Positions 9,598 to 20,221 are shown, counted from the first letter of the stretch. The stretch: DNA of 64,000 nucleotides from Candidatus Harrisonbacteria bacterium CG10_big_fil_rev_8_21_14_0_10_40_38 (GCA_002773535.1 PFAZ01000001.1:89273-153272), one strand, 5' to 3'. Program-made: numbers and translations. The notes: generated from the letters alone by a model not told the origin.

Positions 9598-10611
9598 TTA
9601 ATAAATTTCAGAAGCCCAATTATAAAGCGCCCGTGTCTCTCCAAACCTATCGTCCGTGCCAAAAACTATTATTAAAAACAAATTATCCCCTTCCCTGAAA
9701 AGTGAAATTAGATTTCCATTTGCATCATCGGTGTAACCTGTTTTTCCACCAACAAAATCAGGTTGACCGACAAATTCATTATTACTCGGTATTGTCCTTT
9801 GAGCTCCAGAAACTATTTCATTTATAGAAACAGATTTATTCGTCGTGTATTCAAATAGTTCTGGGTATTCGCTCAAGATCGTCTGAACTAATTTTGTCAT
9901 ATCGCGAACCGTAGACTGGTTTAAAACAGAAAGCCCCGTCGGATCAGCAAAAGAAGTCTCATTCATTAATAATTCTTTCGCTCTAAGGTTCATGTCATTG
10001 ATAAAACTTTCTCCATCAGAAGAAAGCGCAAGAGCGGAAGCCGCGTCATTACTAGAAATAAGAAGAGAAGCCTTAATGAGATCCTTCACAGAAAAAATCT
10101 CACCGGTACTAAACCCTCCTGCTTCGCCATAAGCCACAATCATCTCGCTTGTAATAGTCACCTGTTTTTCTGGTTGAAATATTTCCAATGAAACAAGTGT
10201 TGTCATTAGCTTTGTAAGAGATGCGAGTGGCCAGTGCTGTTCCGGGCTTTGTTCAAAAAGAACAATGCCATGATTTAGTTCTTTTACAATCGCAGATTTT
10301 CCGTGAAATATCGGTGGGAGATTTGAAGGCAGTATCGGCTGAGGTTTTGCAAATGCAAGAACCCTCGCGCCCGCAGAAAGCTCATAGTTTTTTGGCGGCA
10401 GTAGAGAAAGGACCGGCTCAGGCGTTATATATACCGGCGATGGTGTTTGTAGAGCAGTGTTTATAGTGAGACTTGTCTGTGATACAACTCCCCTCCCATC
10501 AGGGTCAACTCTCCTAGAGTCGCCATTGCTCCCCACTGGACCGAAAGCAACAAGTAAAAAAACGACAAGAACGAAAGCTAAACTTTGTAGATGGAAACGG
10601 CTTAATTTCAT
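9598..10611 (-). CDS. D-alanyl-D-alanine carboxypeptidase (peptidase S11)
   Basis: SLTK (SxxK), SSN (SxN), KTG. Confidence 0.9.
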   Translation of the reverse strand: MKLSRFHLQSLAFVLVVFLLVAFGPVGSNGDSRRVDPDGRGVVSQTSLTINTALQTPSPVYITPEPVLSLLPPKNYELSAGARVLAFAKPQPILPSNLPPIFHGKSAIVKELNHGIVLFEQSPEQHWPLASLTKLMTTLVSLEIFQPEKQVTITSEMIVAYGEAGGFSTGEIFSVKDLIKASLLISSNDAASALALSSDGESFINDMNLRAKELLMNETSFADPTGLSVLNQSTVRDMTKLVQTILSEYPELFEYTTNKSVSINEIVSGAQRTIPSNNEFVGQPDFVGGKTGYTDDANGNLISLFREGDNLFLIIVFGTDDRFGETRALYNWASEIY

Positions 10612-10615
10612 AATT

Positions 10616-11218
10616 CTATTGCGCCTGTTGTGGTGAATTAAAATTTGCTACCACATCACGATATTTTGAATAATCCGGTAAATCTTCAAGTTTTTCTAAA
10701 CCAAGGTGACGAAGAAGATCAAAACTTGCTCTATATGCGTACGCATTGCTTCGCTTCTCATTAGATACTCTCTCTATAAGCCCTCTTAAAACAAGCATTC
10801 TTAAAATAAAACTTGAATTAACACCTCTTATGTATTCGATTGCAGCCCTAGAGATCGGACCTGCATAAGCAATAATAGAAAGCGTCTCAAGTGCCGCAGG
10901 TGTTAGCGTTTCGCTCATCTCATCTGTGACAATCGCTTTTAAAACATGATTAAGTTTTGGTTTGGTTGCTAATTGAATTCTTTCATCGGAAACAAGAAGG
11001 TTTAACCCACGCTCTTGAGATTCATAAATTTTTTGAAGGTGTTCTATTGCAGAATCAACATCTTCCTTAGAAAACCGCATTCCATCTGCAGAAAGTGACT
11101 CATTTAAAACAGATAATATTTTTTTCCGCGCTATTGGTTCACCATACGCAAAAAGGAGCGCTTCAAGCGCCGCCGCAGTGTCCTGTGGGGATTGATTTAT
11201 ATTGGTCTCTTCTGGCAT
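10616..11218 (-). CDS. scpB: SMC-Scp complex subunit ScpB
   Basis: LEALLFA, LTPAALETLSIIAY, IEYIRGVNS. Confidence 0.93.
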   Translation of the reverse strand: MPEETNINQSPQDTAAALEALLFAYGEPIARKKILSVLNESLSADGMRFSKEDVDSAIEHLQKIYESQERGLNLLVSDERIQLATKPKLNHVLKAIVTDEMSETLTPAALETLSIIAYAGPISRAAIEYIRGVNSSFILRMLVLRGLIERVSNEKRSNAYAYRASFDLLRHLGLEKLEDLPDYSKYRDVVANFNSPQQAQ

Positions 11219-11271
11219 AGATGCTTATAAAAGTATTGTAACAAAAATACAAAATTCGTGAAGACGCAAGT

Positions 11272-12030
11272 CTAATTTTCCGTTTTTTGCTCTTTTCTCT
11301 TTAAAACGATATCTCCAAAGTGTTCTTCCTGTTCAATATGAATTGAGTGCTCTCTAAAAAGATGAAGCACGGCTAAAAAGAGCGCGATTACCTCCGAGCG
11401 GGTTTTCTGCATCGTTATTGATGCAAAACTGTGCTGTGCCGCATCACGAAATCTCGTCAAAAGCTCCTGAATCTTTTCTTTAAGGCTGATTATTTTAGAT
11501 TTTACTTTTTCCGGCTCGGGAGGAGCTATAACCGATATCATCTCGGCGATCTTGTTTATGTGCAAAGAGAGGTTTGCAATGCTTATATTTGTTGCAGGAA
11601 CAAAAAAAGTCTGTTGACCAAAAAGCGCTAAAAACGATCTCACATGCGCCGCCTCGCCATTAGCCCACATCGAACTTATGTTATTACTTGCCGATTGTTC
11701 AGATGTTTCTTTTCCACCCCTCGCTGAAAATTCTTTATAGATAAGAAGACGCATCTCAAGATCCTTGATGTCTGCCTCCTCGTCTTCATTTAACGAAAGA
11801 GACGGAAGCAGAACTTTTGACTTTAAAAGCACCAACTTTGCCGCCACAACCAGAAAATCAGCAAGGATAGAAGGGTCGATATCCTCTTCGGATTTTTGGA
11901 GGTGATCAATAAAATCCGCCGTCACTGACGCAATGGTGATAGCCGTTATCTCGAGTTCTTTTGTCTCGATTAACTCAAGGAGCTTATCAAGCGGCCCCGT
12001 ATATTCTCGAAGTGATATTTCGTAAGTCAC
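11272..12030 (-). CDS. scpA: segregation/condensation protein A
   Basis: YTGPLDKLLELI, KSKVLLP, FLAVLHL; adjacent to scpB. Confidence 0.92.
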   Translation of the reverse strand: MTYEISLREYTGPLDKLLELIETKELEITAITIASVTADFIDHLQKSEEDIDPSILADFLVVAAKLVLLKSKVLLPSLSLNEDEEADIKDLEMRLLIYKEFSARGGKETSEQSASNNISSMWANGEAAHVRSFLALFGQQTFFVPATNISIANLSLHINKIAEMISVIAPPEPEKVKSKIISLKEKIQELLTRFRDAAQHSFASITMQKTRSEVIALFLAVLHLFREHSIHIEQEEHFGDIVLKRKEQKTEN

Positions 12031-12056
12031 GGATATTTTTTACCCAATTATTAAAT

Positions 12057-13547
12057 TTAAGGCAATGGTAATAGTGAATTCCTCTGATAAATATTTGAAG
12101 GGCTCCACAACATCCAACCGGTTACAGGCGCGCACGGATACAGGTCGTCAACAGTAATCGGTGGCATTGATGTTGATTCCGGTTTTGGAAATTGCGTTGC
12201 GCAAGTAGCAGCATCTCTCCCCGCATCATAAGTCGCCTGCATTTGTTTCCTTATCGTTTCAGGTGTGTATATCGCTCCCAAGTCAAAGCTTTGCAACCAT
12301 GGCCTTAACGTCGCCAAGCGAACTTTTGGTTTCGGCTCTTCGGTCGGTGTCGGGGTTGGTGTTGGAGTCGGAGATGTTGAGCTTGATGGAGACGGAGTCG
12401 GTTCCATGAATTCATCAGGAGTAGGAGTTGGAGAAAGTGTTGGTGTCGGAGTTTGAATTGGGGTAGGAGTTGGCGGCGCGAGCGCTATATATAATTTCCT
12501 AATTCTCTCAACAGCGCCGGAAATAGATTCATACACAACTTCATAAGGATGATCCGCTGGGTTTTTAAAACCTCTAAATCCTGACTGATAATGTGACGGA
12601 TAAACCATGGGAGCAATGTAATCAAAATACGGAAGAGCCGCTTCAAGATACTGCCCTATCCCCAAGTCGTCATAAGCCACAGTAACCAGACCAAACAAAT
12701 CCGCAGAAATGATATCGCTAGAAAGTGTTTTTCTAAGGTATGCAAAAAAAGATTCGATTGTTTTCTTTCTTGCGGTTTTCTGATCCCAAAATGGATATGT
12801 CGCATCAGCGAGATCTCCATCAGAAATAAATCGAATATAATCAAAATTCACTTCATCGATTCCTCTGTCAAAAACCTCTTTGGCAATAGACGCATTATAG
12901 GCCCACGCATCCTCCGAGGCAGGGTCAATCCATGAAAGGCCTTTTCTATCTTTCCATACCCCTCCGGTAGAGAGGCTCTTTATTGCCAAATCAGGCCTCG
13001 CAAGAGAGAGTCTCGGATCCTGAAAAACCGAAAGTCTTCCTATTACATATATACCCTCGTCATGAAACTGTTTTATCAAGCTATTTAAATGAGGTATTCG
13101 CACATCAACTGCGTGATATTTTATTGGCGCCTCAAGTTCAGTGTTGTATAAAACATAACCGGAGTAATCCTTTATATCGATAACAATTGCATTAAGTTCG
13201 GTTTTTTTAATAAGGTCAATAAAATATTGCACCTTTTGCTGATTTCCAGCTGACCATCCGGTCGCATATATAGCCTTTATTATTTTTGGCGGGTCAGAAA
13301 GTTTCTGTTGTGGTTCTATATCGGGTCCGCCCCTACTCCCTAAAACCTGCTCGGCAGGTGATGGGCTTGGACTAGGCGTTGGAGTTGGAGACACCGTTAC
13401 TTCAGGAGATTTTTTAGGCGTTTTTGATGGTATTACATTTTCCGTAGGAAAAACCTCGGTCGTATGTGCCGGAACGTTTGCGTTCGCCAAAAAAAACCCG
13501 CCCAAAACGATTAATGGAAAAAACACAAATACAAAAACCGAACGCAT
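12057..13547 (-). CDS. putative glycoside hydrolase (DUF4015-like) with Pro/Thr linkers
   Basis: [32 protein letters not shown]; PT-rich tracts. Confidence 0.8.
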   Translation of the reverse strand: MRSVFVFVFFPLIVLGGFFLANANVPAHTTEVFPTENVIPSKTPKKSPEVTVSPTPTPSPSPSPAEQVLGSRGGPDIEPQQKLSDPPKIIKAIYATGWSAGNQQKVQYFIDLIKKTELNAIVIDIKDYSGYVLYNTELEAPIKYHAVDVRIPHLNSLIKQFHDEGIYVIGRLSVFQDPRLSLARPDLAIKSLSTGGVWKDRKGLSWIDPASEDAWAYNASIAKEVFDRGIDEVNFDYIRFISDGDLADATYPFWDQKTARKKTIESFFAYLRKTLSSDIISADLFGLVTVAYDDLGIGQYLEAALPYFDYIAPMVYPSHYQSGFRGFKNPADHPYEVVYESISGAVERIRKLYIALAPPTPTPIQTPTPTLSPTPTPDEFMEPTPSPSSSTSPTPTPTPTPTEEPKPKVRLATLRPWLQSFDLGAIYTPETIRKQMQATYDAGRDAATCATQFPKPESTSMPPITVDDLYPCAPVTGWMLWSPSNIYQRNSLLPLP

Positions 13548-13716
13548 TACACAAAGTGTAGCGGAAAACCGTTATTCGCTCTATAGGAAAAAAACCTGTG
13601 AAAAACTTTATTTGACAGCAACCGAAAATAAATTGTATGCTACACTCCAGTTCGTTAATTGAAGAAGAGTGCCACGCGGTTGTGGTATCGAGTTACCCTG
13701 CAAAAGGAGCAGTGTT

Positions 13717-14325
13717 GTGGCGAATCAAGCAAGCGCGACCATCGAAAGCCTCATCCCTCACATCAGCGCAGAAGAAGACTCAGAAATGAGAGATCAGGTG
13801 ATGGAAGTTCTCGCTCCGATTGAGAATCTCGCCGATTCGGAATATATACTCGCAAAAAAGAAGAGTTTCAAAGCCACGCGAGTCAAGGAAGCTATTGAAG
13901 GGTTTAGGGGGGAAACCCTCGACAAGGTTCATGTCATTTCTGTAGGTCAGCGCGCCTTTCATAGAATTATAAGACCGAGATATCTTCTGCTTGTTCGCGA
14001 TAGTGATTATATGAATACAAGGCAGTCCCTAAAAAAGTCAAAAGGCCCAAATGCGCTTTCGCACGTAAACGGTCCACTTCAGGCTCTTATAGATAATTTG
14101 TGGGAGGCCTTTCTAGACCGCTACCAGAAACCACTCGGGGGCAGTACGCTCACCCCAGCTGTCAAATCAACTATCACCCACGTGGTCACCAGCTATGTGC
14201 TGTCTGCAAACGCATGCGACACGAGGAACATGATGCGGTTCGCGCCTCTTCTAGAGGTCATCACGCAATGCATCCCGGTCGCTCATGAAGGCAACTCCAA
14301 AACATGGCATCTCCTGGTAGACTAG
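13717..14325 (+). CDS. hypothetical protein (cassette)
   Basis: TTGACA at 13612, AAGGAG before GTG 13717, terminator 14352-14387; start uncertain. Confidence 0.65.
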   Translation: MANQASATIESLIPHISAEEDSEMRDQVMEVLAPIENLADSEYILAKKKSFKATRVKEAIEGFRGETLDKVHVISVGQRAFHRIIRPRYLLLVRDSDYMNTRQSLKKSKGPNALSHVNGPLQALIDNLWEAFLDRYQKPLGGSTLTPAVKSTITHVVTSYVLSANACDTRNMMRFAPLLEVITQCIPVAHEGNSKTWHLLVD

Positions 14326-14351
14326 GCACAGCGCCTAGGTTTCACCGCCCC

Positions 14352-14387
14352 GCCGGCTCGCCTGTATAGCGAGTCGGCATTTTTTTA
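14352..14387 (+). terminator. intrinsic terminator
   Basis: GCCGGCTCGC...GCGAGTCGGC followed by T-run. Confidence 0.75.
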
Positions 14388-14404
14388 CTAATTTTTCATA
14401 TTTC

Positions 14405-14521
14405 ATGTCGCATTCCACATGCCACATTCCACATTTTACATTCACTATGTCGCATTCCACATGCCACAACCTTAATTAGAAATTAGATTAATTAGTAATT
14501 TTCTCATTCCCCATAATTCAT
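14405..14521 (+). repeat. composite 7-mer/9-mer tract
   Basis: ATGTCGC ATTCCAC ATGCCAC ATTCCAC ATTTTAC ATTCACT ATGTCGC ATTCCAC ATGCCAC, then AATTAGAAATTAGATTAATTAG. Confidence 0.85.
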
Positions 14522-14571
14522 ATTTTCGCGCCATTTTACTTTTTGACATTTAAACCGTAAATTGAATCTGT

Positions 14572-15675
14572 ATGTCAGTAGCCATTTATCGCAAATACAG
14601 ACCAAAAAGCTTTGGAGACCTATTAGGTCAGGAACATATAATAGAAATCCTCAAAAACGCCGCCATAAGAGACCGTATTGCGCACGGCTATCTTTTTTAT
14701 GGCACGAGAGGTAGTGGTAAAACGACAGTGGCGAGAATTTTGGCAAAAGTGGCAAATTGCGAAACTCGCGCAAAAGACAAAAAATTTCACGACAAAGGAG
14801 AACCATGTAACACCTGTCCAAGATGTATCGAGCTAGACGAAGGTCGCGCGCTAGATGTTGTCGAGATTGATGCCGCCTCAAACAGGGGCATAGACGAAAT
14901 CAGGTCACTAAAAGAAAGTGTACGACTCTCCCCCACAGTAGCAAAGCACAAAATTTATATAATCGACGAAACTCATCAGCTCACCAAAGAGGCATTTAAC
15001 GCTCTTTTAAAAACTCTTGAAGAACCACCTGCTCACGCCATTTTTATTCTGGCTACTACAGAATTTGAAAAAGTCCCCGCCACTATCAGTTCTCGCACCC
15101 AAAGATTTCATTTTAAAAAACTCCCAATAGAATCAATCATCAAAAAACTTGAGACTATTTCCAAAACCGAAAAAATGGATATAGAAAAAGATGCCATTGA
15201 GCTTATTGCGGCAGTTGCAGATGGCTCATTTCGTGATGCAGAAACTCTTATTGACCAGATAACATCACTCGAAGACAAAGTCACGGTTGAAAGCGTGGAG
15301 AAGATTATCGGTAAAGTCGGTTTTACAAGAATAGCCGAGCTCGCAGGATTTATTCTCGAAAACGATCTTAACAAATCTCTTGAATACATTGCCACTTTTC
15401 AAAATAACGGATTAAACATTGTAGACCTTGCAAAAGAGCTTATTCACTATCTCCGCCGCGCGCTTGCCCTCAAAGCAGACCCAAAACTCGAAGAAATATT
15501 CAAAAATGACCTCACAGAACGTGAGCGCGAAACCTTAAAATCCCACAGCGAAAAAATAAACCCCGAAAAACACATATCGCTTATACGAGACCTTATTCGC
15601 AGCTATTCGGATATGCGATATTCCCCTTTCGCGAGTATTCCTCTCGAAGTAACCCTCATTGAACATTTGAAGTAA
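14572..15675 (+). CDS. dnaX: DNA polymerase III subunit gamma/tau (short form)
   Basis: YRKYRP, GSGKTT, EIDAASNRG, IIDE, NALLKTLEEPP. Confidence 0.96.
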   Translation: MSVAIYRKYRPKSFGDLLGQEHIIEILKNAAIRDRIAHGYLFYGTRGSGKTTVARILAKVANCETRAKDKKFHDKGEPCNTCPRCIELDEGRALDVVEIDAASNRGIDEIRSLKESVRLSPTVAKHKIYIIDETHQLTKEAFNALLKTLEEPPAHAIFILATTEFEKVPATISSRTQRFHFKKLPIESIIKKLETISKTEKMDIEKDAIELIAAVADGSFRDAETLIDQITSLEDKVTVESVEKIIGKVGFTRIAELAGFILENDLNKSLEYIATFQNNGLNIVDLAKELIHYLRRALALKADPKLEEIFKNDLTERERETLKSHSEKINPEKHISLIRDLIRSYSDMRYSPFASIPLEVTLIEHLK

Positions 15676-15750
15676 AAAACTTGCTCTTTTTAAAATTTTA
15701 TTGTAGAGTATAAAGTAGTACATTAGGTTTTTAAGAAACGGAGGACTCCA

Positions 15751-16074
15751 GTGTCTAATCTTGACTGCGTCAAATGCTCAAGCAGAGGCAATGATCATGT
15801 TTTATGTGTGAGTTGTACTATTGAATTTTTTTCTGCATGGCAAACTCAGCCAATTGCTATTTCTTGTCCAAGTTGTGGAATACATCCCATCGAAGATGAG
15901 CAATTTGAGAAGATATTTCCTACTCACAAACATGACCAAGGAACGCGCATCGCGATTATCTACAAAAAAATTTGCTGTCTGTGTAGTGACTATCCGGAAG
16001 CAAGGTACATTATTCGTGTTTCAAGTCCACGCTTCAAACTATTGAAAAAATCCTCCGAAGAATCCGCTGTTTGA
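15751..16074 (+). CDS. Cys-rich putative zinc-binding hypothetical protein (cassette)
   Basis: four CxxC pairs, GGAGG SD, promoter TTGCTC-17-TAGAGT, hairpin at 16061-16085. Confidence 0.65.
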   Translation: MSNLDCVKCSSRGNDHVLCVSCTIEFFSAWQTQPIAISCPSCGIHPIEDEQFEKIFPTHKHDQGTRIAIIYKKICCLCSDYPEARYIIRVSSPRFKLLKKSSEESAV

Positions 16075-16107
16075 CAGCGGATTTTCTATTTGAAAAAATA
16101 AACCTAT

Positions 16108-16656
16108 ATGAAAGGAGGTGGTTTCGAAACATATAGGGGTCAGGATCTCGAAATGGATATTTTGGGCGAAAATGTAAAACCCGAAGCAAAATACGACGGC
16201 AAGTATAAACAATTCAAAGAATCCCTTGATTTAGTAAAAGAAAATCAACCGGAAGGTTGGGATCCGAAAGACCCACCTGTAGCACCTACTTCATTTCCTA
16301 GTGATCTTCACTTATTTGTTACTGAAGCTCTGGAAGCTGATGGAGAAAAAGAAGGTAGTTTAAAATTTTTTGATGCGCTTGGTAGTCATTTAGATAAACT
16401 TCACGGCATAGACGCATTTTTTACATACGAAGTTGAAGTAAAAAAGGGACCAAGAAAGGAAGCAGTCGTAACTCTCGATCTTACAGAAAATCCTAAAAAA
16501 GCAGACCGTGGCGCAAAAGCAGACGTTATTTTATATATTCCGGAAGGCGTAAATTACGAAGCAATGACATCAGAAGAAAAAGAAGCTTTTCTGGATAGTT
16601 ATGCAAAAGCCATAGCCGCAGGACTCGAAAGCCAGCTAAAATCTCATGCCGCCTAA
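16108..16656 (+). CDS. hypothetical protein, possible PD-(D/E)XK-like fold
   Basis: acidic protein; LDxxxGIDAF...TLDLT pattern. Confidence 0.7.
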   Translation: MKGGGFETYRGQDLEMDILGENVKPEAKYDGKYKQFKESLDLVKENQPEGWDPKDPPVAPTSFPSDLHLFVTEALEADGEKEGSLKFFDALGSHLDKLHGIDAFFTYEVEVKKGPRKEAVVTLDLTENPKKADRGAKADVILYIPEGVNYEAMTSEEKEAFLDSYAKAIAAGLESQLKSHAA

Positions 16657-16661
16657 AAAAC

Positions 16662-16691
16662 AAAACCCCTCGCGATTCTCTCGCGAGGGGT
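16662..16691. terminator. hairpin terminator between convergent genes
   Basis: ACCCCTCGCGA-ttctc-TCGCGAGGGGT. Confidence 0.75.
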
Positions 16692-16716
16692 CAGGAAAAA
16701 CACATGGCTTTTCTAC

Positions 16717-17082
16717 CTACATATCTCCGCTTTTAAAAGTACCTCCACCAAAACAATCACCCTTGTCTTCGTCGCCCTTCTCTCCTTTAGAGTCCCTTGT
16801 TTCAGGAAAGTAGTGGATTTCTAGCCGAGTTGTACGGTCCCTGAAAATCTCCGGATAGTACTCGACTATTGCATACTGTTTATTCTTTGATATAACGTTA
16901 TTGAAGATTGAGAACCGTCCATGTTCTGGAACAGCCACTGTCCTTGAAGTCGTGAATTCATCATCATAAGTAAATACACACACACCTTCCGTTTTGTTGT
17001 ATACAAACGAAGTAAACGGAATCCTCTCCTCCACCGCGCAACCGGAAACAACAACAAAGACGAGAACCAGAAGAGTACGCAT
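16717..17082 (-). CDS. hypothetical lipoprotein (cassette)
   Basis: lipobox VSGC, AAGGAGG SD, TGGACA-17-TACTAT. Confidence 0.7.
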   Translation of the reverse strand: MRTLLVLVFVVVSGCAVEERIPFTSFVYNKTEGVCVFTYDDEFTTSRTVAVPEHGRFSIFNNVISKNKQYAIVEYYPEIFRDRTTRLEIHYFPETRDSKGEKGDEDKGDCFGGGTFKSGDM

Positions 17083-17173
17083 CTATCGCCTCCTTCAGAA
17101 AGCTTATGTAAGTGCCAAAGTAACTGCCAAGATAGTATCCTATTTTACCAAATTTGTCCAGCCTATTTTTCTG

Positions 17174-17755
17174 TTATAAAAATTTCCTTCGCAAAACTAT
17201 CATCCCCGTAAGTGAGGTGTTCATAAGAACCATCGATACAGGATATAGATAAGTTACCGGGTTAAATGCCCCAAGAGCCGCAAATGCCACAGCAAATTTC
17301 AAACCATTTAAAAAATAAGTTGTAGCAGTTTCCTCATAAGGTCTATAAAAAGCTTTTTTAAATGTAGGGATAAAGCCCAAGATTCCAATTCCTATTGCTA
17401 TCAAAACCGTGAAAAGCGGGTCCTCGGTATATTGCCAGATTCCAATCCCCGAAAAAGCGCCAACAAGACTTACCTGATCAATTACTTTTATCGAGCTCTT
17501 GTTCCAAAAAAAAGCTACAACAGCGATCACAAAGCAAACAACCGCCGTAAGCGCAGTAGCCCAAGTTCCTGTTCCCCCGCCTCGAGACAGTTGTGCAAAA
17601 AATATCGTCCCTGCGAGTATGCTCCATATAAGCCACGAAAAAGGATCTGGCCTTGTTTTTCCTTTAAATAAATCACGAAAATAAAATGAATAGCTGATAA
17701 GCCCTATCGCAATAGTCGAAAAACCCAAGATAGTCGCATATTGAAACATATACAT
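17174..17755 (-). CDS. multi-pass membrane protein (PQ-loop-like)
   Basis: about 7 TM; Y..D...GKTRP...SW.IW; start probably 17755 or 17749. Confidence 0.75.
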   Translation of the reverse strand: MYMFQYATILGFSTIAIGLISYSFYFRDLFKGKTRPDPFSWLIWSILAGTIFFAQLSRGGGTGTWATALTAVVCFVIAVVAFFWNKSSIKVIDQVSLVGAFSGIGIWQYTEDPLFTVLIAIGIGILGFIPTFKKAFYRPYEETATTYFLNGLKFAVAFAALGAFNPVTYLYPVSMVLMNTSLTGMIVLRRKFL

Positions 17756-17769
17756 AGAATAAATTAAGC

Positions 17770-18056
17770 AAAAAAAAGACGCCACTCTCACGAAGAGGCT
17801 AGGCGTCAAAGAAAGGACGGTACACGGCAAGTGAAGTTAAGAAGTGTCTCTTGAAAGAGCGGACGGAGAAGGGCGAGAAACAGGTTGGGTCGTCTCGGGC
17901 CAACTTGGGTCACCCAATAACGCTCCACAAAAGAAATAAGCTGAAATGAGATGGGTTTGAAGTCGAATTAGCCTCAAATCAGCAAAGTGTCTGAAGAAGA
18001 CACAAATACCTCAAAATCCCCTGCCGTGTACCGAATGTGAAAGTCAAAGAACAGTT
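17770..18056 (-). ncRNA. candidate ~285-nt structured ncRNA
   Basis: TTGACT-17-TATACT promoter, 12-bp closing stem 17818-17829/18022-18033, internal hairpins, terminator, no credible ORF. Confidence 0.65.
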
Positions 18057-18138
18057 CATGAAGTATATTTTCCCCTTAACAAAAAGTCAAATAAAAAACC
18101 AAAGAAACCCAAATACATAATTTCTGGTTTTAGATAGC

Positions 18139-18435
18139 ATGAACAAAAACCCAATCATAAACGCGTTCGCCGCGTCAGCCTATATAGTAGGCATCGTTTT
18201 ATTAATCAATCACATAACGAAAGTACTAAGCGATAATGGTGACAAGCTCATTATTCCAATCCTCATGCTTTCCCTATTCACGCTCTCTGCCGCTGTTATG
18301 GGTTTTATTTTTCTTTTTATTCCAATTCAAATGTACCTCGATGGCAAAAAGAAAGAAGGCGGCATGCTTTTAATAAAATCCGTAGGTGCTTTCGCAGTTA
18401 TCACTTCAATAATTCTTATTGTAGCCCTGGTTTAA
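18139..18435 (+). CDS. small membrane protein
   Basis: three hydrophobic helices. Confidence 0.75.
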   Translation: MNKNPIINAFAASAYIVGIVLLINHITKVLSDNGDKLIIPILMLSLFTLSAAVMGFIFLFIPIQMYLDGKKKEGGMLLIKSVGAFAVITSIILIVALV

Positions 18436-18453
18436 AAGTGGTATAATTATCTC

Positions 18454-19020
18454 ATGAACCCAAAAAGATTTTTTATCGGCAGAACAATCGGATTATTAGT
18501 TGTATTAGCATTGGTTGGTATTTTTTTTCTCATAAAACCAAGCACAAAAACACCGGACAATACAGACAAAACTGGTATCCAAGGTTATAAAGATGCCACT
18601 TACAATATTGATGGCTTATCAGTAAAACTCGTAAATGGATATGCGGAAGATGAAGCCGCTCCAGATTCTGCTGAAAAAATCATCACAAAATATTTTGGCA
18701 ATGAAGCCAAGGGTGACCTAAATGGCGATGGTCTTGAAGATGTTGTATTCCTACTGACGCAAACATCAGGCGGCACAGGAACTTTTTACTATGTTGTTGT
18801 CGCCACACAAATTCCCGTTAAAAGTATGGGTTACATCGGCACAAACGCAGTCCTTTTGGGCGACCGCATAGCACCACAAACAACAGAAATAAGAGACGGG
18901 AAAATTATCGTAAATTATGCAGATCGCGGCCCAAGTGAACCAATGTCCGCAAAGCCAACAATCGGAGTTTCTAAATATCTCATTATCGAAAACAACCGCC
19001 TCGTAGAAACTCAGCAGTAA
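18454..19020 (+). CDS. exported hypothetical protein
   Basis: N-terminal anchor, GDLNGDG motif, GGTGTFYY, LGDRI. Confidence 0.8.
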   Translation: MNPKRFFIGRTIGLLVVLALVGIFFLIKPSTKTPDNTDKTGIQGYKDATYNIDGLSVKLVNGYAEDEAAPDSAEKIITKYFGNEAKGDLNGDGLEDVVFLLTQTSGGTGTFYYVVVATQIPVKSMGYIGTNAVLLGDRIAPQTTEIRDGKIIVNYADRGPSEPMSAKPTIGVSKYLIIENNRLVETQQ

Positions 19021-19024
19021 AAAA

Positions 19025-19363
19025 TTACTTTATCCTGTTAATCTTCGCCGCTAAGATAAAATCATTTTCCGTTAAGCCACCAATCGCATGAGTCGAATTA
19101 ATAAGCCTTACTTTGTTATAAGAAATATGGATATCGGGGTGATGTCCCTCCTCTTCTGCTAACTCGGCAACAGAGTTTACAAACTTCATAGCCGTCTTAA
19201 AATCATCAAACTTAAAATCTCTCGAAATCTGTTTCGAATTTATTCCAATCTCCCACCCCAACACTTCAGCCATATAGGGTAAAGACTGTTCTCGTGTAAG
19301 CGGCATTACCCCACCCTCACACGGCACGCACTTTTTCTTTAATAAATTATTTTTCACAAACAA
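19025..19363 (-). CDS. phhB: pterin-4-alpha-carbinolamine dehydratase
   Basis: CVPCEGG, AEEEGHHPDI, THAIGGLTENDFILA. Confidence 0.9.
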   Translation of the reverse strand: MFVKNNLLKKKCVPCEGGVMPLTREQSLPYMAEVLGWEIGINSKQISRDFKFDDFKTAMKFVNSVAELAEEEGHHPDIHISYNKVRLINSTHAIGGLTENDFILAAKINRIK

Positions 19364-19383
19364 ATTTTACCACAATTTCCAAT

Positions 19384-19728
19384 TTACAATTCATAATTTC
19401 TAATTTTTAATTCACGTCTTAATTTCCTATAATCCGGAAAAACCCTCGAAACTAAACCCCAAAACCTCGGCGAATGATTAAACTCTTCGAGGTGACAGAG
19501 CTCATGGACGATTACGTAGTCTCGGAGAATTGCCGGCAGAAAAAATAATTTATAGTTAAAATTCAAATTCCTTTTTTCACTACAACTTCCCCAGCAGGTT
19601 TTTTGATTTTTAATAAATATCCGATTAAAAGAGTGATCATAAATCTGGTTAAAATAGCCAACCCTCTCATGAATCAACCTCCTCGCATCTTCCTTGTATT
19701 TCTTATAATGAAACTTCGTAAGCCGCAT
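19384..19728 (-). CDS. YgjP/DUF45-family metal-dependent hydrolase (short form)
   Basis: WGSCS, DYVIVHELCHL, NHSPRFW. Confidence 0.88.
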   Translation of the reverse strand: MRLTKFHYKKYKEDARRLIHERVGYFNQIYDHSFNRIFIKNQKTCWGSCSEKRNLNFNYKLFFLPAILRDYVIVHELCHLEEFNHSPRFWGLVSRVFPDYRKLRRELKIRNYEL

Positions 19729-19834
19729 ATAACTAAATTTTAAATTATTTTTCTATTTTTATCCCCTGTTGTTAAGTTTTGAAAAAATTCTTTTGCTATA
19801 ATCAATATGATATTACCAACTAACAAATTTTTTT

Positions 19835-20221
19835 ATGTTCAAAATAAAAAAAGAGACAGTCGTTGTAACAACCTCCGCCCTCCTTACAGTTGTTGCCGCG
19901 ATGCATTTATTGAGAATTATTTTTAACGTCGACATTAAGATAAACGGCACAAGTCTCATGATCTGGCCGAGCTACGTTGCTGTTTTAGCTCTAGGATTCC
20001 TCGCAGTTCTAAATCTTGAATCAATAGAAAGAAGGAATAAGACCACTTGGATAAAGTTTATTATGTGGCTCTTTGTACTCGACGCCATCGGGGTCTTCTA
20101 TTCATGGATGAGCAATCTTAGCTACTGGGGCATTTCAAGGAATGGATTCGGAGTAATCACACTTTTTGATGTTTTAATTGTCATCATTCTCGCGACAAGC
20201 ATAAGAAAAGCCAATCGATAA
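19835..20221 (+). CDS. membrane protein
   Basis: four hydrophobic helices; terminator 20236-20278. Confidence 0.75.
   Translation: MFKIKKETVVVTTSALLTVVAAMHLLRIIFNVDIKINGTSLMIWPSYVAVLALGFLAVLNLESIERRNKTTWIKFIMWLFVLDAIGVFYSWMSNLSYWGISRNGFGVITLFDVLIVIILATSIRKANR

Noticed and set aside
12330-12480. GGAGTT-like repeats in the glycoside hydrolase gene
   Set aside because: Ordinary Pro-Thr linker codons, 6-bp period, unrelated to the 7-mer tracts
14572-15675. Short DnaX (and HhH-less UvrC at 32918-34114) as pseudogenes
   Set aside because: Core motifs intact, clean stops and no downstream remnants; consistent with streamlined forms
17756-17830. N-terminal extension of ORF 17174-17830
   Set aside because: Runs through a terminator and the ncRNA stem; the real start is probably 17755 or 17749
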